NCBI GenBank assembly: GCA_023819525.1
Contig: JAMWCT010000002.1
Span: forward strand, 1 to 37,179
Source of the DNA: Candidatus Omnitrophota bacterium
GTDB taxonomy: Bacteria > Omnitrophota > Gorgyraeia > Duberdicusellales > 4484-171
Length of the DNA: 37,179 nucleotides
Direction of reading: 5' to 3'
The translations under genes and the position numbers were made by a program. The notes beneath the pieces were generated by a model. The model made no database searches and had not been told where the DNA came from. It was given only the letters and a program-made list of their open reading frames with translations. This document shows positions 1 through 10,357 of this stretch, piece after piece (within the stretch, counting starts at the first letter, position 1; each line of letters opens with the position of its first letter).

Positions 1-13
1 TTTGATTGGTTAA

Positions 14-1237
14 TTAACCTTGAAGCCTTTTTTTTACACTTTCTAAATGTTTTGTCATGCCTTCCAGAGTTGCAATTTTCTCTAAAACTTCATATTCATC
101 CTGTAATGCTTTTTTTGTGTAACTTATAATATGAACTTCTTTTAAGAATTCTTTAGTGGACAATGAAGAAAAAAATCTTGCAGTTCCGCCGGTTGGGAGA
201 ATATGGCTTGGGCCTGCTGTATAATCGCCCAAGGCAACAGGAGAGTTTTCGCCTAAAAAAATTGCTCCTGCATTTTTGATTTTTTTTAATAATTTTCTTG
301 GTGTTTTAGAAAATATCTCCAAATGTTCAGGAGCGATTTTATTTGCAATAAAACAAGCCTCTTCTAAATTCTTAACTTTTAAAACAAAACCTGTAATTTT
401 TTTTAGCTTTAATTCTTTTATAATTTTTTTTGAATTAGTAATAACGATACCTAAACCTTTATGATGCTCAAGTTGAGCCTCAAGGTCAGCAACAATATAA
501 TCTATATTTGAACCCCTAGAAGCAATAATAGCAATTTCCGAAGGGCCTGCAAGCATATCAATACCTACTTCACCAAACACCTGTCTTTTTGCTTCAGTGA
601 CAAATTCATTTCCAGGTCCTATGATTTTATCTACCTTTTTGATTGTTTTTGTGCCATAAGCTAGAGCTGCTATAGCCTGTGCGCCACCTATACGATAGAT
701 TTCTTTAATTTTTAAAAGTGAGGCAACTGCTAAAATAAATGGATTGATGGTTTTATCTTTTCTAGGTGGAGAGGCTAAAACTATTTCTTTTACACCAGCA
801 ACTATTGCAGGAATTGCTGACATATAAACAGTAGAAACCAACGGTGCACTTCCCGCAGGAACATAAATACCTACTCTTTCTAATGGAATATATTTACTAA
901 TTAAAACTTTGCCATTGCTTTCGCGTATACATTTAAAATTTGATGAGACCTCTTTTTTGTAAAATTTAGTAACATTATCTATGACTAGTTTAAATGAGTG
1001 AATTATTTTGCTGTCAAGCTCATTAAATGCTGCACTTATTTCAGATTCACTAATACGTAATTCATTTACTTTTAAACTTACTTTATCAAAACGCTTTGTG
1101 TATTCTATAATTGCTTCGTCGCCTTTTTCTTTTACATCCTTTAATATTTTTACTACTCTATCGGTTAGTTTAATATTGTATCTTCGTTTCCTTAATATTA
1201 ATTTTTCTAATGTTTCGAAATTTCTTATTACTCTCAT
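14..1237 (-). CDS. hisD: Histidinol dehydrogenase
   Basis: Motifs RVGIYVP, GGAQAIAALAYGT, KIIGPGN, IDMLAGPSE, QxEH, APEHL and GDYTAGPSHILPT. Start overlaps the alaS stop (ATGA). Confidence 0.93.
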   Translation of the reverse strand: MRVIRNFETLEKLILRKRRYNIKLTDRVVKILKDVKEKGDEAIIEYTKRFDKVSLKVNELRISESEISAAFNELDSKIIHSFKLVIDNVTKFYKKEVSSNFKCIRESNGKVLISKYIPLERVGIYVPAGSAPLVSTVYMSAIPAIVAGVKEIVLASPPRKDKTINPFILAVASLLKIKEIYRIGGAQAIAALAYGTKTIKKVDKIIGPGNEFVTEAKRQVFGEVGIDMLAGPSEIAIIASRGSNIDYIVADLEAQLEHHKGLGIVITNSKKIIKELKLKKITGFVLKVKNLEEACFIANKIAPEHLEIFSKTPRKLLKKIKNAGAIFLGENSPVALGDYTAGPSHILPTGGTARFFSSLSTKEFLKEVHIISYTKKALQDEYEVLEKIATLEGMTKHLESVKKRLQG

Positions 1238-3825
1238 AAATTCAAAAATTGCTTAAAGCACTCCTCAACTTCGAACAAAATATTTCTTTTTCTTTCTAAA
1301 ACTATCCCCTGCACTAATTCTTTTCTTCCCCCACCTTTAAGCGAAAGTCTATCTTTAAATTGCTCTAAAAATCGTAAACAATCTATATTTTTTTCTACTA
1401 AATCATTAGATGCCCTACAGACAAAAATTTGTTTATCATAAAAGTTTGAAATAATAAAAACAAAAAAATTTGATAACTTTTGTTTTATAAGATCCGTAAA
1501 ATAAAAAAGTAAAGGGTAATCTTTATTTTCCAATTTCACAGTTATAAAATTTATTTCCTGTATTTGTTTTTTTGCTTGAAGACTCTCATTTACAATATAT
1601 GCAAGTAATTCTTTTTCTAACGATAAAATGTGCTCTTTTTGATTTTTTAAGTCTAAAAATATTTTTTCTATTGCTAAACTTATATCATCTATATTGCACT
1701 TTAAAAAATTTGCCACCTTTTTGCTCTGTTGACTTAATTTATTTATATAGTTATAAGCTTCTTTGCCTACAAGAGCCTCAATTCGCCTTATTCCACTACT
1801 TATAGAAAACTCAGAGATAATAATAAATAAACCTACTTGAGAAGTATTATCTAAATGGGAACCTCCACACAACTCTTTACTATAATCTGATATTGAAACT
1901 AAGCGCACAATTTTTTCATACTTATCTTTAAAAAATGCCAATGCTTTTTCTTTTTTTGCTTCTTCAAAACTTACTATTTTCTTTTCTACAGGGTCTGCCC
2001 TCAAAACAAATTCATTCACTAAATCTTGAATTTCTTCTAATTGAGCACTAGCCAAAGCTTTTGGATGCGTAAAGTCAAAATGTAATCTATCTACATCAAC
2101 TAAAGAACCTTGCTGCATTATAGTTTCCCCTAAAACTTTTCGTAAAGCCGCTTGCAAAAGATGAGTAGCAGTATGTGCTCTTGATAATGCTTTTCTTCTT
2201 TCAACATCAAGGAAAGCCAAAGCTTCATCTTTCTTGATTTTTCCTTTTTCAACAAAACCACTATGAAGTATTATATCGCCTATCTTTTTAACCTCTTCAA
2301 CAAAAAATTTTCCTTCTTTTGTTTCTATATACCCTTTATCAGAAAGTTGACCACCACTTTCTGGATAAAAAGGGGTTTTATCCAAAACAATAACGCCTCT
2401 TTCTTTTTCATTTAAAAAATCTTTTTCTATATCATCAACTAACAAATGTACAATATTTACTGTGCTTTGAAAATTATCGTATCCAATAAATATAGTTTTT
2501 GTGTCAAAATTAAAATAACTTTTTGCAAATATATTTTCATCAAACATACTTTTTTTCTTTGAAAGTTCTCTTTGTTTTATAAGCAACTGGTCAAAACCTT
2601 CTAAAGAGAGGCTAATATTGTATTTTTTTGCCAAATCAATTATTATCTCTAATGGAAAACCTTTTGTATCATATAAATAAAACAATTCCTCTGCATTAAG
2701 TTTTTGTTTGGTTGAAATATAGTAATGAGCTTGGTCAAGCAAATCTAGAAATTTTTCCTCTTCTGCTTGAATGATTCTTAAAATAGCATCTTTTTTTTCT
2801 TCTATCTCTGGATATGCATCTTTCATATATTTTATTACCAAGTTACTTAACATATAAAAACAAGGTTTATTATACCCTAATAAATTAATATTACTTACAG
2901 CTCTGCGGATGATCTTTCTCAAGACATATCCGCGTTCTTCATTTGATGGATATACTCCATCAGCTATTAAAAAGGTAGCAGCCCTTATGTGGTCTGCTAC
3001 CGCATTAACCAATTGAGTTGAGTTTTGGTTTTTTTTCTCCAATCCAACTATTTGCCAAATACGTTCTACGATCGGAAAAAATATATCGATTTGGAAATTA
3101 CTTTGTTTGCCTTGCAAAACTGAAGCTATTCGTTCAAGCCCCATCCCTGTATCAATGTTTTTTTGTGGAAGTGGTTCTAACTTATTTGGTCCGACTCGAT
3201 TAAATTGCGTAAAAACTAAATTCCAAACTTCAACAAATCTAGAACAATCGCAAGCTGGGCTACAACTTGGTTTTCCACAACCAATTGTTTCTCCCTGATC
3301 AAAAAATATTTCAGAACAAGGTCCGCAGGGACCATTAGGACCATCTTGTAGTGCATTTGCTGGCCAAAAATTTTTATCTGGTCCTAATTTTGATATTTTT
3401 TCTTCTGGTACTTTAATATAATCTTTCCATATAGAATAAGCTTCATCATCGTCTTTATAAACAGAAACCCAAAGGTCTTTTTCTTTTATATTTAATTCAG
3501 TTGTCAAAAACTCCCATGCGAAACTAATCGCTTCTTTTTTAAAGTAATCTCCAAATGAAAAATTTCCAAGCATCTCAAAAAATGTATGATGGTAAGCGGT
3601 TTTTCCAACTTTATCTAAATCATCTGTTCGCAAGCACTTCTGACAACTTGTAGCTTTTTTAATATCAGTTTTTTCGCCTAAAAAATAAGGCTTAAACTGG
3701 TTCATCCCAGCAGAGGTAAAAAGAACACTTTTATCAAAAGGTATAAGACTATCTGAAGGAAAAATTACATGGTCTTTATTTTTAAAAAAATCTAAAAATT
3801 TTTTTCTCACTTCAGCTGTTGTCAT
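1234..3825 (-). CDS. alaS: Alanine--tRNA ligase
   Basis: LFTSAGMNQFK, HHTFFEMLGNFSFGDYFK, WNLVFTQF and IDTGMGLER; editing motifs HTATHLL and ELCGGSH; 863 aa. Confidence 0.98.
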   Translation of the reverse strand: MTTAEVRKKFLDFFKNKDHVIFPSDSLIPFDKSVLFTSAGMNQFKPYFLGEKTDIKKATSCQKCLRTDDLDKVGKTAYHHTFFEMLGNFSFGDYFKKEAISFAWEFLTTELNIKEKDLWVSVYKDDDEAYSIWKDYIKVPEEKISKLGPDKNFWPANALQDGPNGPCGPCSEIFFDQGETIGCGKPSCSPACDCSRFVEVWNLVFTQFNRVGPNKLEPLPQKNIDTGMGLERIASVLQGKQSNFQIDIFFPIVERIWQIVGLEKKNQNSTQLVNAVADHIRAATFLIADGVYPSNEERGYVLRKIIRRAVSNINLLGYNKPCFYMLSNLVIKYMKDAYPEIEEKKDAILRIIQAEEEKFLDLLDQAHYYISTKQKLNAEELFYLYDTKGFPLEIIIDLAKKYNISLSLEGFDQLLIKQRELSKKKSMFDENIFAKSYFNFDTKTIFIGYDNFQSTVNIVHLLVDDIEKDFLNEKERGVIVLDKTPFYPESGGQLSDKGYIETKEGKFFVEEVKKIGDIILHSGFVEKGKIKKDEALAFLDVERRKALSRAHTATHLLQAALRKVLGETIMQQGSLVDVDRLHFDFTHPKALASAQLEEIQDLVNEFVLRADPVEKKIVSFEEAKKEKALAFFKDKYEKIVRLVSISDYSKELCGGSHLDNTSQVGLFIIISEFSISSGIRRIEALVGKEAYNYINKLSQQSKKVANFLKCNIDDISLAIEKIFLDLKNQKEHILSLEKELLAYIVNESLQAKKQIQEINFITVKLENKDYPLLFYFTDLIKQKLSNFFVFIISNFYDKQIFVCRASNDLVEKNIDCLRFLEQFKDRLSLKGGGRKELVQGIVLERKRNILFEVEECFKQFLNL

Positions 3826-4264
3826 TATACAATCCTTTCCTACTTAATTGAGTTAAAATTTCATCGTATTCAAAACCTCTTGCTAAAAAATATCTTAAAA
3901 TTTTAGAAACAATATTTTTGCTACCCTTATATTGAAGAACTTTTTTATCAATCATAGACGAAAGTATATTAGCAGTATGTGGGAAATCTAAATTATCAAT
4001 CACTTGCTGCGATATCCCTATTTTTTTTAATGTTGCTAAAATTCTTTTTTTCCCATAACCTTTTTTAGATAAAGTTATTATGTAACTCTTTGCAAGCTCC
4101 TCGTCATTCAAATACCTCTGTTCTTTTAAATATTCTAAAATCTTTTGAATTGTTTGCTTGTTATAACCTTTTTTATTTAATCTAAAAATAAGTTCACTAC
4201 TACTTCTTTGTCTAAATTTCAGCAATAAAAATGTATATTTTAAAGCTTTATCAAAATCGTCCAA
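3812..4264 (-). CDS. recX: Regulatory protein RecX
   Basis: 150 aa with LLKFRQRSSSEL, YLNDEELA, GYGKKRI and YFLARGF repeat motifs; sits in a recA...alaS context; TTG start 1 nt after the degP stop. Confidence 0.85.
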   Translation of the reverse strand: MDDFDKALKYTFLLLKFRQRSSSELIFRLNKKGYNKQTIQKILEYLKEQRYLNDEELAKSYIITLSKKGYGKKRILATLKKIGISQQVIDNLDFPHTANILSSMIDKKVLQYKGSKNIVSKILRYFLARGFEYDEILTQLSRKGLYNDNS

Positions 4265-4265
4265 T

Positions 4266-5681
4266 TTATTCTTCTTTTAAAATAATAAAACCCCTATTTG
4301 TTCTTACTAAACATTTACCTTTTATTTTAGAAGTTATCTCAAAAAAGTCATTTGTATTTTTTATAATCTTATTTTCAATTTTTAAAATCACATCACCAAC
4401 CATAAAACCACTTTTTTCTGCTGCAGAATTTTCTTGGATATTAGTGATGACTACTCCTTCGTTTTCTTTTATATTATATTTTTGCTTTAAAAATAAATCT
4501 ATATCTTTAACTTTCATTCCTCTAAAAATAATTTCTTTTTTGATTTTTGCTGTCTCAAAATAACTATCCTCATAGGGGCGTGGGGCAACTTCTATATCTA
4601 AAAATAATTGTTTACCATCGCGCAATATCTGTATTGGATAAGTTTTACCTATTTGTAGTGAAGAAACTATCTTCTCTAAATCTCTTTTATTAGAGATAAT
4701 TTTATTATTAAAACTTAAAATTAAATCGCCCTCTTTAAGATTAGCTTTTTTTGCAGGAGAATTTTCTTCTACCTTGACAATAATTACTCCTTCTTTTTCT
4801 TTTGTCCCAAAATAGCTGCGAAGTTCTTCGTTTAGATCTTGTATCCCTATACCTAACCAACCATACAAAACTTTTTCTCCTCGTATAAGTTTATCTAAAA
4901 TTTGTTTTGCTTTATTTATTGGAATAGCAAAACCTACGCCCTGATATCCACCGGTAGTTGTAATAATTGCTGTATTTATTCCAATCACTTCTCCGTTTAA
5001 ATTAACTAAAGGACCTCCGCTATTTCCGGGGTTAATCGCAGCATCTGTCTGTATTAGATCACTATATGCACGCCTACCAATCCTGGCTAAAGCAGGTATA
5101 TCCCGATGTAAAGCACTTATAACACCAACGGTTACTGTTGGTTCTGGATTATCAATAGCAAAACCAAAAGGGTTACCTATTGCTACTACCCACTCACCTA
5201 TTTTTAAATTATCAGAATCACCTAATTTTGCATAAGGAAGGTGGTATGCATTAATTTTTATAATTGCTAAATCAGTAGTTGGATCTGTTCCTTTAATTTC
5301 AGCATCAAATTCTCTTCCATCTGCAAGTTTAACTTTTATCTGGCTTGCGCCAACAATTACATGCTCATTGGTTAAAATATAACCATCTGGATCAATAATA
5401 ACCCCGCTTCCCAAACCAACGTGTTTATATTCTCGGTATGGTATTTCTCCAAAAAATTCTTCAAAAAATCTTCTAAATGGATCGTTCTCAAACTCATCAA
5501 ATGGATAGCCAAAATACCAACCACCTCCAACCCTTACCTTTACAACACTACTTATAGATACGACTGCCTTTCCAACAGTTTCCGCAACAGAAATCGTTGC
5601 ATTTTCTAAATCACTATATTTTTGAGCAAATGTGTTTGTAAAACAAAATATAAAAATTAAAAAAAATAAAATTTTTTTCAT
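4266..5681 (-). CDS. degP: Do/DegQ (HtrA) family periplasmic serine endoprotease with two PDZ domains
   Basis: Signal peptide; catalytic triad in TNEHV, TDLAIIK and IQTDAAINPGNSGGPL; two C-terminal PDZ-like segments. Confidence 0.93.
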   Translation of the reverse strand: MKKILFFLIFIFCFTNTFAQKYSDLENATISVAETVGKAVVSISSVVKVRVGGGWYFGYPFDEFENDPFRRFFEEFFGEIPYREYKHVGLGSGVIIDPDGYILTNEHVIVGASQIKVKLADGREFDAEIKGTDPTTDLAIIKINAYHLPYAKLGDSDNLKIGEWVVAIGNPFGFAIDNPEPTVTVGVISALHRDIPALARIGRRAYSDLIQTDAAINPGNSGGPLVNLNGEVIGINTAIITTTGGYQGVGFAIPINKAKQILDKLIRGEKVLYGWLGIGIQDLNEELRSYFGTKEKEGVIIVKVEENSPAKKANLKEGDLILSFNNKIISNKRDLEKIVSSLQIGKTYPIQILRDGKQLFLDIEVAPRPYEDSYFETAKIKKEIIFRGMKVKDIDLFLKQKYNIKENEGVVITNIQENSAAEKSGFMVGDVILKIENKIIKNTNDFFEITSKIKGKCLVRTNRGFIILKEE

Positions 5682-5688
5682 ATTTCCT

Positions 5689-6699
5689 CTACCTCTTTTC
5701 GTAAAGTTTTTTATTTACTTCCTCTTCCAACTCTTTTCTTAAACTTTGGTTTTCTTTTAAAAGTAGACGAAGTTGTTCTTTTCCTTGAGCAAGATTTTTA
5801 TCTTTATATGAAAGCCAGCTACCTGATTTTTTAATTATCTCTTTTTCTATCGCTTCATCAATTAAAGAACCAATTTTAGAAACCCCTTCGGTATGTAAGA
5901 TTTCAAAAACAGCTTCTTTAAAAGGAGGTGCAACTTTGTTTTTTACAATTTTTGCTTTTACCTTTGCACCGATAACTTGCTCCTGATTTGTTATAGTTGC
6001 AATTTTTCGTAGATCAATTCTTACAGAAGCATAAAACTTCAAAGCCCTTCCGCCAGGTGTAACTTCAGGATTACCAAACATAACTCCTACTTTTTCTCGC
6101 AACTGATTAATAAAAATTACGCAAGTTTTTGATTTACTGATGGCTGCTGTTAGTTTTCTTAAAGCTTGACTCATAAGGCGTGCTTGGAGGGCAATTTGAG
6201 AATCACCAATTTCTCCTTCAAGTTCAACTTTTGGAACTAGTGCCGCAACTGAATCAACAACAATTAAATCTACAGCATTTGAGCGCACAAGCGTCTCTAC
6301 TATATCTAAAGCCTGTTCTCCTGTATCTGGTTGTGAAATTAAAAGTTCATCTAAATTTACTCCTATAATTTTTGCATAATTTGGGTCAAAGGCATGTTCT
6401 GCATCTACAAATGCTGCTATCCCATCGTTAGCTTGAGCCTGAGCGATAATGCTTAACGTTAAAGTAGTTTTTCCTGAAGCCTCCGGCCCAAAAACCTCAA
6501 TAACTCTACCTCTTGGCAACCCACCAACGCCTAAAGCCATATCTAAAGAAACTATTCCTGTTGAAATAACTTCAACATCTAATTTTACACTTTCACCTAA
6601 ACGCATTATCGCACCTTTTCCATATTGTTTTTCTATTTGAGACAATGCAAGTTCTAATGCTTTTCTTTTTTGACTATGAATATCTTTTTCTTTAATCAT
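5689..6699 (-). CDS. recA: Recombinase RecA
   Basis: GPEASGKTT Walker [42 protein letters not shown]. Confidence 0.99.
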   Translation of the reverse strand: MIKEKDIHSQKRKALELALSQIEKQYGKGAIMRLGESVKLDVEVISTGIVSLDMALGVGGLPRGRVIEVFGPEASGKTTLTLSIIAQAQANDGIAAFVDAEHAFDPNYAKIIGVNLDELLISQPDTGEQALDIVETLVRSNAVDLIVVDSVAALVPKVELEGEIGDSQIALQARLMSQALRKLTAAISKSKTCVIFINQLREKVGVMFGNPEVTPGGRALKFYASVRIDLRKIATITNQEQVIGAKVKAKIVKNKVAPPFKEAVFEILHTEGVSKIGSLIDEAIEKEIIKKSGSWLSYKDKNLAQGKEQLRLLLKENQSLRKELEEEVNKKLYEKR

Positions 6700-6719
6700 A
6701 AAATACCCCCTTTTGCTTT

Positions 6720-7328
6720 TTAAAATCGGTATTCTTCTTTTATAATTAAATTCTTGATATTTTTTTTATGCCGCCAAATAACTAAAATCAACAACAAAAA
6801 CGAAAAAATTTTTATCTCTATATCTTTTAAAAAAACTAAAGTACTAATAAAAAAAATAATAGCAGCTAAAATTGAAGCTAACGAAACATATCGCCAAATA
6901 AAAAAAACTACTAACCAACTAATTATACCTATACTAATCGCTATCCAAAGTTTTGCAAATATAAAACTTAATGCCACCATTGCTCCAAAAGAAGTTGCAA
7001 CTCCTTTTCCACCTTTAAATTTTAAAAATATTGGCCAGTTATGGCCTAACACAGAAAATAAAGCCATAAATATAAAAATATAACTGTCAAAAGAGGTGGT
7101 TTTTAAAAAACTTTTTGCAAAAATTATAGGGAAAAATGCTTTTAAAAAATCTAAAACAAAAACTACTATTCCCCAAAATTTTCCAATTACTCTTGTAACA
7201 TTCGTAGCACCAATATTGCCAGAGCCAAAATTTCTAATATCTATTTTTTTTACAAAATATGCAATCACAAAACCAAAAGGAATGCTACCTAAAATATAAC
7301 TTATTAAACAAAGTATAAAAATTTGCAT
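6720..7328 (-). CDS. plsY: Glycerol-3-phosphate 1-O-acyltransferase PlsY
   Basis: [30 protein letters not shown] and RHKKNI motifs. ATG at 7328 preferred over TTG at 7334. Confidence 0.95.
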   Translation of the reverse strand: MQIFILCLISYILGSIPFGFVIAYFVKKIDIRNFGSGNIGATNVTRVIGKFWGIVVFVLDFLKAFFPIIFAKSFLKTTSFDSYIFIFMALFSVLGHNWPIFLKFKGGKGVATSFGAMVALSFIFAKLWIAISIGIISWLVVFFIWRYVSLASILAAIIFFISTLVFLKDIEIKIFSFLLLILVIWRHKKNIKNLIIKEEYRF

Positions 7329-7337
7329 AACCAAAAG

Positions 7338-7901
7338 TTAAACTTCTGATAATTTGTTTATAGCCTTTACGCCTCGTGTAAAGTAGCCTATTCCTGAAAT
7401 TATGGTAAAGACTACAGCTATTGTCCAAATATAGGGCGGTATAACAGGAATATCTAATAGAATTGATAAAATAGTAAGCATTTGAAAAAAAGTCGTAAAT
7501 TTTCCCCAAATTGAAGGAGCAATTGGTATATCTATTTTTAAAAAATGTAAAATTGCTACCCCTAAAAGAATTATAATATCTCTAATTGTTACAACCAAAA
7601 CAACTGCCAAAGGTAACTTAAATTTAAGGGGGAAGGTGTCTTTTAAAGCATAAATTAAAATAAAAGAAGTAAATAAAAGCAATTTGTCCGCAAGCGGGTC
7701 AATAATTTTTCCTATCTCTGATTTTTCTTTTTTCAACCTCGCAATTAAACCATCAAAAAAATCTGTAAGCATTGCTAATATAAAAATAAAAATTATAGGG
7801 TATTTTAAATATTGATGTTGTGAATTAAAATAAAAAAGCAAAAAAACAAAAATTGGAATAAGTAATATGCGCAAAACTGATATTTTATCTGCAAAACTCA
7901 T
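7338..7901 (-). CDS. pgsA: CDP-alcohol phosphatidyltransferase (PgsA-like)
   Basis: TDFFDGLIAR...GKIIDPLADK signature; multiple TM segments. Start is ATG 7901 or GTG 7904, overlapping the lepB stop. Confidence 0.85.
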   Translation of the reverse strand: MSFADKISVLRILLIPIFVFLLFYFNSQHQYLKYPIIFIFILAMLTDFFDGLIARLKKEKSEIGKIIDPLADKLLLFTSFILIYALKDTFPLKFKLPLAVVLVVTIRDIIILLGVAILHFLKIDIPIAPSIWGKFTTFFQMLTILSILLDIPVIPPYIWTIAVVFTIISGIGYFTRGVKAINKLSEV

Positions 7902-8485
7902 CACTCAATCATTTTTATTCTTTTTGGGGGCCACCATAAAAATATAGCCTTACCTATAATATCTACCTCATCAACAAAGCCCCAGAATCTACTGTCTAAA
8001 GATGAAATGCTATTATCTCCAAGAAAAAAATATTTTCCTTCTGGAACAATTATTTGGTGATTTTCTTTTCCATATTCACCCTGATTATAGTAATAGTTTC
8101 TTGCAATCCTTGGATCAGAAAAAATTTTGCCATTTAAATAGATATTACCATCTTTTATGAGGATTATATCACCGCCCACCCCAATTAGCCTTTTTATATA
8201 CGCTTTTTTTCTATCATGCGGTGGAACAAACACTACCACCTCTCCTCTTTGAGGTTTTCTAAAACCTTGAATGCGAAGCCTCGTGAAAGGTATTTTTGGC
8301 CCATAGACAAGTTTACTTACAAATATTTTATCTCCGGGAAGAAGCGTTGGAACCATAGAATTTGTTGGAATTTTATATAATTGGAAAAAAAAGGTTCGCA
8401 AAAATACTGCTAAAGCACCGGCAATAATAAAAGCCTCTACCCACTCTCTTAACTCACTTTTCTTATCCGTTACTTTTTGAAGCAT
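7901..8485 (-). CDS. lepB: Signal peptidase I
   Basis: IPTNSMVPTL (catalytic Ser), YIKRLIG (catalytic Lys), GDNSISSLDSRFWG; follows lepA. Confidence 0.96.
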   Translation of the reverse strand: MLQKVTDKKSELREWVEAFIIAGALAVFLRTFFFQLYKIPTNSMVPTLLPGDKIFVSKLVYGPKIPFTRLRIQGFRKPQRGEVVVFVPPHDRKKAYIKRLIGVGGDIILIKDGNIYLNGKIFSDPRIARNYYYNQGEYGKENHQIIVPEGKYFFLGDNSISSLDSRFWGFVDEVDIIGKAIFLWWPPKRIKMIE

Positions 8486-8492
8486 ATGGTAG

Positions 8493-8521
8493 ATGATACA
8501 CTAAAAAAACGCAAAAATCAA
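8493..8521 (-). promoter_or_regulatory. Sigma70-type promoter for lepB, probably giving a leaderless mRNA
   Basis: Minus strand reads TTGATT (8521-8516), 17 nt, TATCAT (8498-8493), 7 nt, then ATG (8485). No Shine-Dalgarno sequence. Confidence 0.6.
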
Positions 8522-8551
8522 GGAATAAATTGAGAACTCTTTTTAATTTTT

Positions 8552-10357
8552 TTAAAAAGTAGCCCTTAAGACTTCTAAAAATGCATTATCCGGAACAGAA
8601 ACATTACCTATTTGTTTCAATTTCTTTTTTCCTTCTTTTTGTCGTTCCCAAAGTTTTCGTTTCCGCGTAATATCCCCTCCATAACATTTTGCTGTAACAT
8701 TTTTCTTTAAAGCACTTATGCGTTCGCTAGCAATAATTCTGCTGCCAATAGCCGCTTGAATGTTTACCTCAAACAATTGCCTTGGTATCAGTTCTTTTAA
8801 TTTCTCAACAATAGCCCTTGCTTTGATTTCCATTTTTTCTTTATGAACCAAAAGTGAAAATGCTTCAATTTTTTTATGATTAATTAGAATATCAATTTTT
8901 ACAATCTCTGTTTTATTATAACCTATAAACTCATAATCTAATGAACCATAACCTCTTGTTATAGACTTTATCTTATCATAAAAATCAACTATAACCTCAG
9001 ATAGAGGCAATTGAAATATAACACTTAATCTATCTTTTCCAAGATAATCCATTTTTATAAATTGTCCTCTTTTTGATTTTGCTAGTTCGCATAAAGCCTC
9101 TAAATCTTTTATAGGTACTATTATCGTTGCTTTTACATAGGGTTCTAAAATCTCATCAATTGTAGAAAAATCAGGTAGTTTATGAGGACTTGATATATCA
9201 ATTATTTCTCCATCAGTTTTTTTAATTTTATACATTACATTCGGTGCAGTAATAATCAAATCCAAATTAAATTCTCTTTCAAGACGTTCTTTAACTATTT
9301 CCATATGTAGCAGTCCTAAGAACCCAGCTCTAAATCCATAACCTAAAACACCTAAGTTATCTGGTTCGTATACAAAAGATGGATCTGAAAGGCGTAATTT
9401 TTCTATCGCGTCTTTTAAAATTGGGTAATCTTTTGGATATGTAGGAAAGATACTGCAGAAAACCATTGGTGGTATTTTTTTATAACCACTAAAGGGTATT
9501 TTGGTTGGATTGGATGCTAAAGTAATAGTATCTCCCATATCAACTAACGATGGGTCTTTTAAATTACACGTAATATAACCAACCTCCCCGCATGCTAAAC
9601 TTTCTTTTTTTTGCATTTGTGGCTTAAAGACCCCAAGTTCTTCAACTCTATACACCTTATTTGCGTGCATAAAAAGTATATCATCCCCAATATTTAGTTT
9701 ACCATCGAAAATCCTTACAAAAAGTATTACTCCTTTGTATGGATCGAAAAACGAATCAAAAAGAATTGCCTTTAGAGGAGCATCTATATTTTTAGCAGGC
9801 GGTGGAGCCTCTTTGACTATTCGCTCTAAGAGTTGATAAACACCTTCTCCACTTTTTGCAGAGATAAGCGATAATTCTTCTTTTTTGAAACCAAAAATAT
9901 CATAAAGTTGACTAGCGGTGCGTTCTATATCTGCGCTTTGCAGATCTATTTTATTTATCACAGGTATTATCTTTAAATTATTTTCTAAAGCCAAATAAAA
10001 ATTTGCAACAGTCTGCGCCTCTACTCCTTGAGTTGCATCTACTAAAAGTATCGCTGTTTCAGCCGCTTTTAATGATTTTGTAACTTCGTATGTAAAGTCT
10101 ACATGCCCAGGCGTATCAATAAGATTTAAAATATAGTTTTGAGTTTGATAGTTAAAAGAAAGTCTAACTGCTTTTGCTTTTATGGTTATCCCACGTTCTC
10201 TTTCTAATTCCATGCTATCGAGTATTTGTTCTGCCATAATATTTTTATCTATAGCACCTGTAATCTGAAGAAATCTATCTGCTAAGGTAGATTTCCCATG
10301 ATCAATATGGGCTATAATACAAAAATTCCTAATTTTGTCTATTAAATCTGCAGTCAT
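8552..10357 (-). CDS. lepA: Elongation factor 4 (LepA)
   Basis: IRNFCIIAHIDHGKSTLADR, ERERGITIK, DTPGHVDF, KCYGGDITRKRKL. Confidence 0.99.
   Translation of the reverse strand: MTADLIDKIRNFCIIAHIDHGKSTLADRFLQITGAIDKNIMAEQILDSMELERERGITIKAKAVRLSFNYQTQNYILNLIDTPGHVDFTYEVTKSLKAAETAILLVDATQGVEAQTVANFYLALENNLKIIPVINKIDLQSADIERTASQLYDIFGFKKEELSLISAKSGEGVYQLLERIVKEAPPPAKNIDAPLKAILFDSFFDPYKGVILFVRIFDGKLNIGDDILFMHANKVYRVEELGVFKPQMQKKESLACGEVGYITCNLKDPSLVDMGDTITLASNPTKIPFSGYKKIPPMVFCSIFPTYPKDYPILKDAIEKLRLSDPSFVYEPDNLGVLGYGFRAGFLGLLHMEIVKERLEREFNLDLIITAPNVMYKIKKTDGEIIDISSPHKLPDFSTIDEILEPYVKATIIVPIKDLEALCELAKSKRGQFIKMDYLGKDRLSVIFQLPLSEVIVDFYDKIKSITRGYGSLDYEFIGYNKTEIVKIDILINHKKIEAFSLLVHKEKMEIKARAIVEKLKELIPRQLFEVNIQAAIGSRIIASERISALKKNVTAKCYGGDITRKRKLWERQKEGKKKLKQIGNVSVPDNAFLEVLRATF

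Noticed and set aside
7285-7509. 74-aa minus-strand ORF
   Set aside because: It is an alternative frame inside pgsA/plsY with no recognisable features.
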